DNA of 64,000 bases from an uncultured delta proteobacterium (GTDB lineage Bacteria > Desulfobacterota > Desulfobacteria > Desulfobacterales > JAFDCJ01): positions 32,001 to 96,000 of the forward strand of contig CAVYNY010000015.1 of assembly GCA_963769935.1 (NCBI GenBank), in the 5' to 3' direction. The notes below the pieces were generated by a model. It was not told where the DNA came from, did not search any database, and worked only from the letters and a program-made list of their open reading frames with translations. Shown here piece after piece: positions 10,594 to 19,802 of this stretch. Within the stretch, counting starts at the first letter, position 1, and every line of letters starts with the position of its first letter. The position numbers were made by a program, and so were the translations under genes.

Positions 10594-10797
10594 TCAAATA
10601 ATCTTCGAGCCCCTTTGCGGCATCTTTTCCGGAATCTCATGCGCCTTATCCAACCGATACCTCATCTCTTTAAACATCGCCGCCGTCTCTTTCAGGAAGC
10701 CCTCAGCCTTGCCCGCCGGGCCCGGACTCCCATATAGTTCTCCCAATAAGAGGTGGGCCATAGATGCAAATGTATCATTTTGCTTGCAAATCTTCAA
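10594..10797 (-). pseudogene. Remnant of the TPR C-terminus of an adenylate/guanylate cyclase-AAA-TPR type protein
   Basis: HLLLGELY...KAEGFLKETAAMFKEM.YRLDKAHEI resembles the final TPR of that family; no upstream domains present. Confidence 0.45.
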
Positions 10798-10852
10798 TTG
10801 ATAATGATAACAAGCGATTTTTTACCATGAGAGGACATCCTGGAGTCTGCCG

Positions 10853-11782
10853 ATGGGAAACAATAACCAAAGCAGTATGGTATTAGGGACCGTTGCCGCC
10901 GTCTGCGTCGTCTTTTTCTGGTCGGGCTGGATCGTCATCAGCCGGCTCGGGGTGACCCATCATTTGACCGTATACGATGTCACCGGTCTCAGGTACGGCA
11001 TCGGCGCGGTCGTGGCCCTGCCCTATATTGTCTGGTGCCGGGCCTGGCGGGGTCTGACCACCGGCCGGACCCTGGTTCTGACCTTGACCGCCGGTATACC
11101 CTACGCCCTGCTGTCTTATTTCGGACTCTCTTACGCGCCGGCGGCCCACGGCGGGGTGTTCCTGAACGGCTGCCTGCCCGTTTTCACCTCCCTGTTCGCC
11201 TGGATCTGGCTCGGCCAGAAGAGCCGAGCCCCTCAGATTGCAGGTCTGGGCATCATCCTGCTCGGCGTCACGCTGGTCGGTTATGAGGGATTCAGATCTT
11301 CGGGCGGCGGGATGGCCTGGTTGGGTGATTTTCTGTTCCTGGCAGCGATCTCCCTGTTCGCCGTGTTTATGATTGCCAACCGGCTCTGGACCATCACCCC
11401 CGGACAGGTTGTATTTGCAGCGACCATTGTCAGCGCCGTCTTCTATATCCCGGTCTGGCTGCTGTGGCTGGACAGCAACCTGGCGACCGCTCCCGGATCG
11501 GAAATTCTGCTCCAGGGCATTTATCAGGGTCTGGTTCCCAGCGTACTGGGCATATCCTGCCTCAACATCGCCGTTCGCCATATCGGCGCCCACGCAACTT
11601 CAGTCTTTCTTTCGGTCGTGCCCTGCGTGGCAGCCCTGGCGGCCATCCCGATCCTGCACGAGATGCCGGGTCTGCCGGCCTGGCTCGGCATGCTCACGGT
11701 CACCGTCGGCATCCTGCTGGCCCTGGGTATGCTGGGAGGTAAGAAGATAGGAAGTTGGGAAGGTGCGGAAATAAGAAGGTGA
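10853..11782 (+). CDS. DMT/EamA family transporter
   Basis: About 10 TM helices in two EamA repeats (FFWSGWIVISRLG, LRYGIG, APAAHGG, WLGDFLFL). Confidence 0.92.
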   Translation: MGNNNQSSMVLGTVAAVCVVFFWSGWIVISRLGVTHHLTVYDVTGLRYGIGAVVALPYIVWCRAWRGLTTGRTLVLTLTAGIPYALLSYFGLSYAPAAHGGVFLNGCLPVFTSLFAWIWLGQKSRAPQIAGLGIILLGVTLVGYEGFRSSGGGMAWLGDFLFLAAISLFAVFMIANRLWTITPGQVVFAATIVSAVFYIPVWLLWLDSNLATAPGSEILLQGIYQGLVPSVLGISCLNIAVRHIGAHATSVFLSVVPCVAALAAIPILHEMPGLPAWLGMLTVTVGILLALGMLGGKKIGSWEGAEIRR

Positions 11783-11815
11783 GAAGTTGAGAAGCTTGGA
11801 AGCCCGGGAAGCTAT
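11736..11815 (+). repeat. Degenerate 8-nt tandem repeat (GAAGDTRR-like) overlapping the DMT 3' end
   Basis: aggtaagaagataggaagttgggaaggtgcggaaataagaaggtgagaagttgagaagcttggaag; related tracts at 31063-31102 and, inverted, 47972-48013. Confidence 0.7.
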
Positions 11816-11852
11816 GAAATGGCGAGCCAGTGTCCCCCCATCAATTTGTGTA

Positions 11853-11899
11853 CCCCGTTAAATTTTTTGCAAAAGACCGCTAAGCGGATTTAACGTGGG
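11853..11899. repeat. Short inverted-repeat element
   Basis: CCCCGTTAAAT ... ATTTAACGTGGG enclosing TTTTGCAAAA and CCGCTAAGCGG palindromes. Confidence 0.6.
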
Positions 11900-12081
11900 C
11901 AATCAAATCAACAAACCCAACGACTCAATCCGCCTCACATTTTAAACAGTATACCCTCTGCCAAGTACCTTTGCACCACAAATCTCGTGTGAAACTACAT
12001 TTAGTTTCTTCCACGATCAGACTGGACGCTCGCGGCCAGAGGCGGCGCTTATATGAAAATCCATTTATAGCGACCGATTTC

Positions 12082-12135
12082 GTAGGGCGGGCCTCCGTGC
12101 CCGCCGAAATGGGTCGGCACGGAGGCCGACCCTAC
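12082..12135. repeat. GTAG-family REP doublet (REPIN-like)
   Basis: GTAGGGCGGGCCTCCGTGCCCGCC followed in inverted orientation by GGTCGGCACGGAGGCCGACCCTAC. Confidence 0.85.
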
Positions 12136-12150
12136 GCCGGCGTCAAACCA

Positions 12151-12215
12151 AAGTTTCTTTTATGATCAGACCGGCATTTGTTTTGGCCGGCGGCGGCGCT
12201 GACACCTGAAACCTT
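12151..12215 (+). repeat. Dispersed ~60-bp intergenic repeat copy
   Basis: aagtttcttttatgatcagaccggcatttgttttggccggcggcggcgctgacacctgaaacctt; matches 3692-3755. Confidence 0.85.
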
Positions 12216-12246
12216 CATCCAACACTAAACACCAAAAAACAAAACA

Positions 12247-13461
12247 CTATTTATTCTCCCCCGCGCCCTCATCCGCATACATGCGCCCCGCTTCGGCCCG
12301 ATTGCCGATAATGGCTTTGACAATGAGAAAATTATTCGGTGGACAGCCCTTGACATGCCGCGCCGTCTTTTTTTCTTTCATGCACAATCCCACCGTGACA
12401 ATGTCTTCCGGGGCCACATCGGCCGGCAGCGGCGCGTCGCCCGTGACCACGGCAACCCCCGGCAGGTACATGAGCTGGTCGGCATTGCGCATGTCGATCA
12501 GGGCGCTCATTACCGTATTGCGGCAACCCGTGCAGGCCGCCTCACCGTGAATCAGCCGAAAGCCCTCCAGCTGCACCGGTTCATCCTCGATGGAGCGCAG
12601 AAAACGGCGTTTGACATTTTGCAGCTTCTCGCCTTTGATTGCGATCTTTGCGGGATCCATCACTCCCAGGCCCCGGGCAGCGGCATTGACCGTCAGCAGT
12701 GTTTCCTTGGGCTCGTAGCCGATGAGACGGGCACAAACCGAATCAACGGCTACCAGATCTTTGCCTGCCAGCACCAAATTCATTTCCACGGGTTTGCCGA
12801 ACACCGGCCCGACTCCTTCCTGGCAGACAATCGCGTCAACCACCGCCAACCGCGGTTTGACAGCCGCCAGCAGGTCGATGACGCCTTCGAAGAGACCCTG
12901 CTGGTGCATGGCCTTCTTGTTTTTATCGGTCAGCAACCCTTTGAGTTTTTTGATGGAACAGGTCATTTCGGTCTGGTCATGGGTTTTGAGCTTGGGCACA
13001 CTGATGATCACATCCGCCTGTTGCACGAGGTCCCAGGTTTCGATGCTTTCAAACACCTTGGCATTTTCAACCGGCATTTGAACGGTCGTTTTAAGCGACT
13101 TTAAATCAATGACTTCATAGCCCATCTCCCGCAATTCCCGATACCCCGACTCCTGGACGACCTTTTCCGAATTGACCCCCACCGCGGAAGACTCGGCAAT
13201 CACCGGCCGTGCGCCGATATCTTTGACAATATCCGCAACTGCCCGGGTTACCTCGGGAATGGTAATGCAGCCCGCCTCCCGCTCCACCGGCGGGGCAACC
13301 CAACTGGGGTTGATCAGAACCAGGTCCTCAGGTTTGACGATATCGCGGATCCCGCCGATGAGATCCAGCGCCTGCTGCACGGCGCGGCGAATTTCATCAT
13401 ATTCCGGCCGCGGTTTGGTTTTGACGATGGAAACCTCTGCTTTTTTGTTGTCCAAGGGCAT
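12247..13461 (-). CDS. DUF362 family protein with C-terminal Fe-S-binding domain
   Basis: VLINPSWV, IISVPKLKTH, DAIVCQEGVGP, DLVAVDSV; C-terminal CTGC...GLC...GCPP. Confidence 0.88.
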   Translation of the reverse strand: MPLDNKKAEVSIVKTKPRPEYDEIRRAVQQALDLIGGIRDIVKPEDLVLINPSWVAPPVEREAGCITIPEVTRAVADIVKDIGARPVIAESSAVGVNSEKVVQESGYRELREMGYEVIDLKSLKTTVQMPVENAKVFESIETWDLVQQADVIISVPKLKTHDQTEMTCSIKKLKGLLTDKNKKAMHQQGLFEGVIDLLAAVKPRLAVVDAIVCQEGVGPVFGKPVEMNLVLAGKDLVAVDSVCARLIGYEPKETLLTVNAAARGLGVMDPAKIAIKGEKLQNVKRRFLRSIEDEPVQLEGFRLIHGEAACTGCRNTVMSALIDMRNADQLMYLPGVAVVTGDAPLPADVAPEDIVTVGLCMKEKKTARHVKGCPPNNFLIVKAIIGNRAEAGRMYADEGAGENK

Positions 13462-13496
13462 GGGAAGTACTCCTTGCTTGATTTGATCATTGGTTA

Positions 13497-14399
13497 TTAG
13501 CTATGGGTTAACCCGTATTTCTCAATATTCCTATCTGCCAGGGCCTGCAGTTTTTCTATTTCAGACTGCCCCTGCTCGCTTTTAAATAGATGGCTGTAGC
13601 GTTTTTGCAGTTTCAGATACTCGGCTACGGGGATTTTCTTTTTTATCTTGCGCACAGCGGTGACGGCATTGTTTTGCTTTTCGAACAGCGGCACCAGCCC
13701 GCAGTTGACGCCCATGCGCCCGATCTCCAGGGTCAGATGCGACGCAAAGCTCCAGACGGACGGACAGGGCGTATCGATTTGGATGTAGCGCGGACCATGG
13801 CAACTCATGGCGGTTTTTACTTTTTTCTTCAAATCCCGCAGATAGGCCACCGAAGCGGTGGCGACATAATCGATGCCATGGGCCGCCACAATCTCAGGCA
13901 GATCCTTCTTCATTTCGGCTTTGCCCAGGGACTGCCGGCCGGCCGGAGCGGTCGTGGTGGACGCCCGCACGGGAGTGGCCGCACTGCGCTGCCCGCCGGT
14001 ATTCATATAAGCACCGTTGTCCACACAGATGTACAGAACGTCGTCGCCGCGCTCCAGCATGCCGGACAGGGCGCCGAAACCGATGTCAAAGGTTCCGCCG
14101 TCCCCGCCGATAGCTATCACCCGGGTATCGGCCCGACCTTGGGCCCGCAGGGCGGCCAGTACGCCGGTTGCCACCGCCGGGGCGTTTTCAAACACGTGGT
14201 GTATCCAGGGCACTCGCCAGGGAGAATACCCATAAGGCGAAGAAAACGTCTCCAGGCAGCCGGTCGGTGAAACCACAATCACATTTTCTCCGGTGGCTTC
14301 CAGTATATGGCGGACTGCCAGCGGCATGCCACAGCCATGGCAGGCCCTGTGCCCGGAAACAAAGAGGGATTCTTGTTCGGTATTTGTTGCTTTATTCAT
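13497..14399 (-). CDS. porB: 2-oxoacid:ferredoxin oxidoreductase beta subunit (TPP-binding)
   Basis: GHRACHGCG, TGC, GGDGG TPP motif, DNGAYMNTGGQRS, PCP. Confidence 0.93.
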   Translation of the reverse strand: MNKATNTEQESLFVSGHRACHGCGMPLAVRHILEATGENVIVVSPTGCLETFSSPYGYSPWRVPWIHHVFENAPAVATGVLAALRAQGRADTRVIAIGGDGGTFDIGFGALSGMLERGDDVLYICVDNGAYMNTGGQRSAATPVRASTTTAPAGRQSLGKAEMKKDLPEIVAAHGIDYVATASVAYLRDLKKKVKTAMSCHGPRYIQIDTPCPSVWSFASHLTLEIGRMGVNCGLVPLFEKQNNAVTAVRKIKKKIPVAEYLKLQKRYSHLFKSEQGQSEIEKLQALADRNIEKYGLTHS

Positions 14400-14497
14400 A
14401 TTTTTCTCCCGATTCAATTGGATCCTCGCGGATCGGGGATCATCCTAACAGGTGTCAGTTTGAATACTTATACCACCATCGTAGTCATCAAGTTATA

Positions 14498-14744
14498 AAA
14501 ATCCCAAATTCCAAGCTCCAAATAACAAATACATTCCAAATCGCAATAACCAATGACCAAAACAGGTCTATCAATGGAAGTAAATCATAATTATTTTCTC
14601 GTGTTTTAAAACTTCTGTGCCTTCGTGATAAGGAATCGCGTAGTTATCTGAAGCGATAACCAAAAATAATTTAATTCCGTTTGGAGCTTTGTATTTGGGT
14701 CATTGCGATTTGTTTGTAATTTGGAATTTGTTATTTGAGATTTT
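14498..14744. repeat. Inverted-repeat element with heptamer-based (CAAAT-type) arms, between porA and porB
   Basis: Left arm aaaatcccaaattccaagctccaaataacaaatacattccaaatcgcaataaccaatgaccaaaac; right arm gtttggagctttgtatttgggtcattgcgatttgtttgtaatttggaatttgttatttgagatttt. Confidence 0.85.
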
Positions 14745-14834
14745 CAAGCTGCTGATACTTGAAACCTCATTCTTTCCGGCACATTGGTAATGGCCGCCAA
14801 GTCGCGAGATTGAGCCTCCCCGCATCCCAGCCTT

Positions 14835-16025
14835 TTAGGGTAATATCGCCGGATTCAGGTCCACCCATTCGGCCTCGGGCAGCGGCTGTCCTGTGCGGGC
14901 AATCTCTTCGGCCCGATCAACCAGCCGGCCGATGGTGCCGGCGTTGATTTCCCGCCCGCCGAGTCCGGCGATAAAATCAATTACCAGGGGCGCACCCGGC
15001 CGTCCGCAAAGTTTGGCTTTCAGATCCAAACCGATCGCGCCTTCGCTGCCCATGGACAGATTGGCATCCATGACGGCCAGCACCCGTGCGTTTTTGACGG
15101 CCTGCAGAATCTCTTCATGGGGAAACGGCCGGTAGCAGCGGATCTTAACCAGGCCGACATTTTTGCCGGCGCTCCGCATATCGTCTACCGCATCTTTGAT
15201 TGTTCCCGTCACGGAACCCACGGCGACCAGAATGACATCCGCATCGCCGGTCCGGTAAGCTTCCACCAGCCCGCTGTTATCACGCCCGGTCAATTCGGAC
15301 ACTTCATTCAGAATTGCTTTAATGCGGGGTTTCTGCTCCACCATGGCCTGGTGAATCGCATACTTGAACTCCATCATGACATCGGCCTCCGCATAGGAGC
15401 CCCAGCTCTTGGGATCGGTCGGATCCAGAAAGTGCTCCGGCTTGAAAGGCGGCAGGAATTTATCCACCTCGGCCTGATCGACATAGGTCACCCGCTCATA
15501 AGAGTGTGTCAGCACCCAGCCGTCCATGCAAACCATGACCGGCAGCATGATTTTGGAGTCCTCGGCAATCTTGAAGGCCGCCAGATGCATATCGTAGGCC
15601 TCCTGGGAGCTTTCGACGTAAAACTGAATCAGCCCGGCATCTCTCAAAGACATGGTGTCCTGGTGATCGACCTGAATATTGATCGGCGCCGAAATCGATC
15701 GGTTTACGCCGGTAATCACAAACGGCAGCCGCATGCCCGCACTGGCATAGAGTACCTCGGCCATCAGGAGCAGGCCCTGAGAGGAAGAGGCCGTATAACC
15801 GCGGCTGCCCGCGGCCGAGGCGCCCGACACCACACTGGCGGCCGAAAACTCGGACTCAACCCTGATATATTCGCTTTTGAGTTCACCATCGGCCACCATC
15901 CGGGCCAGCGCTTCGACGATGTGGGTCTGGGGGCTGATGGGAAACGCCGAAATCACGTGCGGCCGGCAGGAACTAACCGCCCGAGCCACCGCCTCGGAAC
16001 CTTCCACAACTTGAATGTTCTCCAT
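14835..16025 (-). CDS. porA: 2-oxoacid:ferredoxin oxidoreductase alpha subunit
   Basis: EGSEAVA, AFPISPQTHI, VESEFSA, TASSSQGLLLM, DHQD, CMDGWVLTH, GLGGRE. Confidence 0.93.
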   Translation of the reverse strand: MENIQVVEGSEAVARAVSSCRPHVISAFPISPQTHIVEALARMVADGELKSEYIRVESEFSAASVVSGASAAGSRGYTASSSQGLLLMAEVLYASAGMRLPFVITGVNRSISAPINIQVDHQDTMSLRDAGLIQFYVESSQEAYDMHLAAFKIAEDSKIMLPVMVCMDGWVLTHSYERVTYVDQAEVDKFLPPFKPEHFLDPTDPKSWGSYAEADVMMEFKYAIHQAMVEQKPRIKAILNEVSELTGRDNSGLVEAYRTGDADVILVAVGSVTGTIKDAVDDMRSAGKNVGLVKIRCYRPFPHEEILQAVKNARVLAVMDANLSMGSEGAIGLDLKAKLCGRPGAPLVIDFIAGLGGREINAGTIGRLVDRAEEIARTGQPLPEAEWVDLNPAILP

Positions 16026-16028
16026 GAC

Positions 16029-16286
16029 TTACTTATCCTCCGGAACCATTTCGATGGCATTGGCCGTGCATTCATACGCGCAGATGCCGCAGCCCTTGCA
16101 GAAATCATAATCGATGACATATTGGTCGTTGATGACGCGGACGGCATCATCCGGGCAAACCTCTTGGCAGATACCGCACTGTTTGCAAGTTTCCTGGTCG
16201 ATGACTGGACGTTGATCCCGCCAGTCGCCGGTTTTATATTTTAAAGAGCTGCCGCCCTTGACAACCGCACCTTGAGTGATTTTCAT
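16029..16286 (-). CDS. porD: 2-oxoacid:ferredoxin oxidoreductase delta subunit (2x[4Fe-4S])
   Basis: KTGDWR..RP, CKQCGICQEVCP, DYDFCKGCGICAYEC. Confidence 0.95.
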   Translation of the reverse strand: MKITQGAVVKGGSSLKYKTGDWRDQRPVIDQETCKQCGICQEVCPDDAVRVINDQYVIDYDFCKGCGICAYECTANAIEMVPEDK

Positions 16287-16834
16287 GATACCTCCCCGAC
16301 AAATGCAAGATAACTTTCCTTCACAACCCGGGCGTTTTTCTCGCCGAGTTCGCCCGGAAACTTACTTTGAACCGCCTTCAACACGGCTTCCAGGGACAGC
16401 TCCCGGCTTAAGCCGGCAAACACCCCCAGCAGCGCCGTATTGATGATCGGACGGCCCAGAATACGCCGGGCCAGATTATCGGCCGAGATCGCAAACGCAT
16501 TGGGGTGCTGGATGCCCAGCTCACGGACATCCTTGTCCGTGTTGATCAGTATGGCCCCGCCCGGTTTCAGCCCGTGCTCGACGTCCACCTCTTTTTGGAT
16601 GGTTGCATCCTGAACGATGACGTAATCGGGCTCGTGAATGTGGCTGCGAACCCGGATGGGCCCGTCACTGAGGCGGCAAAAGGCCACGATCGGTTTACCC
16701 CGCCGTTCGCCGCCGCCGCCTAAAAAAGGGAAGGCCTGGCCGTATTTGCCGTCCTCCAGGGCTGCAATCGCCATAAACTGGGCCAGCACCAGAGAGCCCT
16801 GCCCGCCCCTGCCGTGGATGCGAATTTCTTTCAT
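16283..16834 (-). CDS. porC: 2-oxoacid:ferredoxin oxidoreductase gamma subunit
   Basis: MKEIRIHGRGGQG, GERRGKP, PDYVIVQD, INTALLG. Confidence 0.95.
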   Translation of the reverse strand: MKEIRIHGRGGQGSLVLAQFMAIAALEDGKYGQAFPFLGGGGERRGKPIVAFCRLSDGPIRVRSHIHEPDYVIVQDATIQKEVDVEHGLKPGGAILINTDKDVRELGIQHPNAFAISADNLARRILGRPIINTALLGVFAGLSRELSLEAVLKAVQSKFPGELGEKNARVVKESYLAFVGEVS

Positions 16835-16891
16835 ATGGATTTGCCTTTTTTTTTGCTTATACACCAATGCGAAGATTTAATTAATATCATA

Positions 16892-17944
16892 TTAGACAAC
16901 TGCCGGCAAGGCAACGTCCAGCTTCTCGGCCCAGGGTTCCAGCAAAGGCATGATGGTCGGCGACAATTCGATCCCGTTGGCCAGATACTTCCGGCGCAGG
17001 GCCAATCCATGCCGGCCGGGCAGTCGTACGCCCGTCCCGTCGGGTGGACTTGCGGCGTTGCGGCAGGCTGCCGCCAACCAACCGGACTCCCGTTTAAATT
17101 TCGCCAAGCCTCCGAAAGCCGCTGGATCGATGATTTGCATAAAAACGGACGCACCCCAGCGCTCCGGCCCGTCGGCGCGGCCGAACCCTCCCAGGCTCGC
17201 CGTCAGCGCTTCGACCAGCAATCCCAGCGCAAAACCTTTGTGCCCCGATTCCAATCCGCCCAGAGGTAGAATGGCCCCCGGCGGATCGGTGAAAAGAACC
17301 GCCGGATCGCTGCTGCCGCGACCCTGATTATCGACCAGCCATTCATGGGGCAAGTGCTGCCCGGCCTCATAAAGCCGGGTGGTCAGGCCGTTGGTGGTCG
17401 TGGAGGCGCTGATATCGATCAAGATCGGTTCGCCGTCGGTAGGAAAACCGGCCGCGATTGGATTCGGCGTGTAAACCGGCGTACACCCTCCGTACGGCGT
17501 TACCGACCCGCAGCTGGGATCCGACGACATCAGCAGCATCACAAGCCCGCGATCCGTCGCCCGTTTGAGATAGGCCTGCAGGCAGGCAATGTGATGGCTG
17601 CGCCGGATAACCACCGTCATGACCGGATGCACGCTAATTCGTTCAAATGCCAGTTCCATGGCGCGGGTAACCAACCAGGGGCCCGGCAAATAATCGCCGT
17701 CCCAGGTGACCGCCGCGCCGCGATCCTGCAGTACTTTGGGCTCGCCGGTCGCGGCCATGCCGCTCTCACCGAGCTCTTTCAGATAGGCAGCCAGCAGCTG
17801 CAAGCCATGGGTGGTATGCCCCATCAGATCGCCTTCCACCAGAATATCGGCGACCACGGCCGCCCGTTCGGACGGCAGATCCAATTTTTCCAACAGCGAT
17901 TTAGCGAAGGCGATCAGCTCGCCGGCTTCATAGCGTATACCCAT
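16892..17944 (-). CDS. Ldh_2 family oxidoreductase (malate/L-lactate/sulfolactate dehydrogenase-like)
   Basis: DLMGHTTHG, RRSHH, TPNPIAAG, DISAS, LPLGG...GHKGFAL, RLPG. Confidence 0.9.
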   Translation of the reverse strand: MGIRYEAGELIAFAKSLLEKLDLPSERAAVVADILVEGDLMGHTTHGLQLLAAYLKELGESGMAATGEPKVLQDRGAAVTWDGDYLPGPWLVTRAMELAFERISVHPVMTVVIRRSHHIACLQAYLKRATDRGLVMLLMSSDPSCGSVTPYGGCTPVYTPNPIAAGFPTDGEPILIDISASTTTNGLTTRLYEAGQHLPHEWLVDNQGRGSSDPAVLFTDPPGAILPLGGLESGHKGFALGLLVEALTASLGGFGRADGPERWGASVFMQIIDPAAFGGLAKFKRESGWLAAACRNAASPPDGTGVRLPGRHGLALRRKYLANGIELSPTIMPLLEPWAEKLDVALPAVV

Positions 17945-17968
17945 TTCTTGCTCCTTTGGGGGGGTAAT

Positions 17969-18254
17969 GGTTCTGCGTTCAGGGTTCAGAAGTTCAGGGT
18001 TTAAGGTTTAAGGTCAAAGGTTAAAGGCTACCAGGCTGTGATATTTTCCGATTGGTTACCTCGATTATAGATTATTGCCTGACCGAGTTCATCGCGGTTA
18101 AAAACCGCTCCCACGTGGTTTTTAAACTGTTATGAGGTTCTAAAATGGAGTTTTTTCACTATGAGCTATCAGCTATGAGCTTTTTTTTGACACCTGAAAC
18201 CTTTATCCTTTAACCTTTTACCTTTATCCTTCAACCCTGAACCTCTGAACCCTG
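17969..18254. repeat. Inverted-repeat element with 7-8-nt unit arms (GGTTCAG/AAGGTTT types) containing nested repeats
   Basis: Left arm ggttctgcgttcagggttcagaagttcagggtttaaggtttaaggtcaaaggttaaagg; right arm cctttatcctttaaccttttacctttatccttcaaccctgaacctctgaaccctg. Confidence 0.8.
18091..18114 (-). repeat. GTGG-type REP singlet
   Basis: Minus strand GTGGGAGCGGTTTTTAACCGCGAT (GTRG tetranucleotide plus hairpin). Confidence 0.7.
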
Positions 18255-18280
18255 CTTGTGAGGGCGAAGCCCCAAACCTT

Positions 18281-19070
18281 TCAACCTTCTGAAATCACTT
18301 TCCTCAGTTTATCCCCGTTGGTCTTCCACCAGTTGAACAAAATTGAGAGGTCCGTCGCGAGGTTGAAATGGCGCACTCCCAGATCGAGATAGTATCTGGC
18401 CTCATCGACGCTGTTGATCTCGGCCCGCGCCGGGACGCCCATGTTAAGAGCCGTTTCAAATACCCGGCGTTCGACCGCTCTCACTTCCGGCGAGTTTCTG
18501 GCACCCGGCCGACCGATGCTCATGGAATAGTCCACCGGTCCCCATTGAATCATATCAATGCCCTTGACCGCAAGGATTTCCTCCAATCGTTCAACCGCCG
18601 GATGACTTTTCGATCATGATCATCACGATAACATCTCTGAGCGCCTGAACGTAGTCGCCCGATCCACCGTAGCCCATATATGCGAAACGCCGCATCCCGA
18701 CACCATGTATACCGCCGTCCGCGGGTGTTTCGGGGCGCACAATGTCTACACACTGCTTTACATCATCAACCGTCCGGCAATCGGCAAACAAGACGCCCTG
18801 AAAACCGGCCCCGATACCGCGCTGGGCCAGAAAGCCCCGCGGCTCCTGATCGATCTTGATGATGGCGGACAGGTCATGCAACTCGGCCGCCCGGCAAAAG
18901 TTATCCAGCGCATACAAATCAAACGGGGCATATTCGGCCAGAAACTCAACGTAGTCAAACATACCGGTGTGCCCGACAGCCTCCACCACCGAAGGCCAGG
19001 AGCTGTGAACCCGGGTGCCGATAGACGGTTGGCCGTCCCGCAACAGCTTGCGCAGTTTATTGGGTCGCAT
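18281..19070 (-). CDS. HpcH/HpaI aldolase family protein (apparent frameshift near 18603)
   Basis: MRPNKLRKLL, DYVEFLAEYAPFD, IMIEK then, after a frame change, AVERLEEILAVKGIDMIQWGPVDYSMSIG. Confidence 0.88.
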
Positions 19071-19144
19071 TTGCTTTACCTCCAGACATAAACCGGATCG
19101 ATAACCGAAAAAAAGGCTAATTCATAAAATAGCTCGGACTTTCA

Positions 19145-19210
19145 GGAGTGTTGGAGTGTTGGATAAAAGGCATCAATCCGCCGACCAGGACTCCCTTGCT
19201 CCAGTACTCC
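19145..19210. repeat. Small inverted-repeat element with 8-nt units (GGAGTGTT / CCAGTACT-like)
   Basis: ggagtgttggagtgttgga ... ccaggactcccttgctccagtactcc. Confidence 0.6.
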
Positions 19211-19225
19211 GATTTTTATTTGAAG

Positions 19226-19609
19226 TTAACCCAGCTCCTGGACCAGTTCAATGGTTATATCCTCCGGTCCTCGGAAAAAGGCAATTCTCAAGCCGGGGAT
19301 ATTTTTAGGTTCAATGAAAAACGAAAAGCCTCTCTTTTTTAAATCCCGGTAGGCCGCGTCGACGTCTTCGACCTGCAGTCCGAGGTGGTCGTAGCCGAAT
19401 CTCGCCTGGGAAGCATCGCCGACCATCATTTCATCTTCCCGGGCAACCCGCAGATTGACGGTGGTTCCCTGAAGATCGAGCGAAGCGCCGTCGGCCGTTC
19501 CGAATTTCAGACGCGCAATCAGCTCGGCCCCTAAAGCGCCGGTAAAAAAATTGATCATACCCTCCAGATCCTGGCAAATCAAATGAACGTGGTGCAAACG
19601 GTAAGTCAT
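19226..19609 (-). CDS. VOC/glyoxalase family protein
   Basis: LHHVHLIC.D, YDHLGLQVEDV, FFRGPEDITIELVQ; GGAGG RBS. Confidence 0.92.
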   Translation of the reverse strand: MTYRLHHVHLICQDLEGMINFFTGALGAELIARLKFGTADGASLDLQGTTVNLRVAREDEMMVGDASQARFGYDHLGLQVEDVDAAYRDLKKRGFSFFIEPKNIPGLRIAFFRGPEDITIELVQELG

Positions 19610-19802
19610 TGTGTACCTCCTAGCCCGGACAAGCCGGAACAGCTTTTGTAATGCATTGCTACAGGAGAGGCCCTTAACACAAGGTGGACGGGGTTACAAT
19701 AGGATTCTTCCTTGACAACAATCAGCGATATTTATATATCTCCAGACGTGGCTAACAAGCAAACCGCTGATGACGCATTGTAAATATATGGAGGCGCTCG
19801 TC

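Noticed and set aside
10800..10818. Possible Fur box GATAATGATAA upstream of the DMT gene
   Set aside because: Only one half matches; the dyad partner is missing.
11971..12165. Small intergenic ORFs (also 19148-19342, 30902-31129, 37997-38302, 38109-38348, 55204-55392)
   Set aside because: They are translations of repeat elements, with no RBS or family support.
18591..18593. Selenocysteine/readthrough at the TGA ending the aldolase 5' ORF
   Set aside because: The homologous sequence continues in a different frame, so it is a frameshift and not an in-frame stop.
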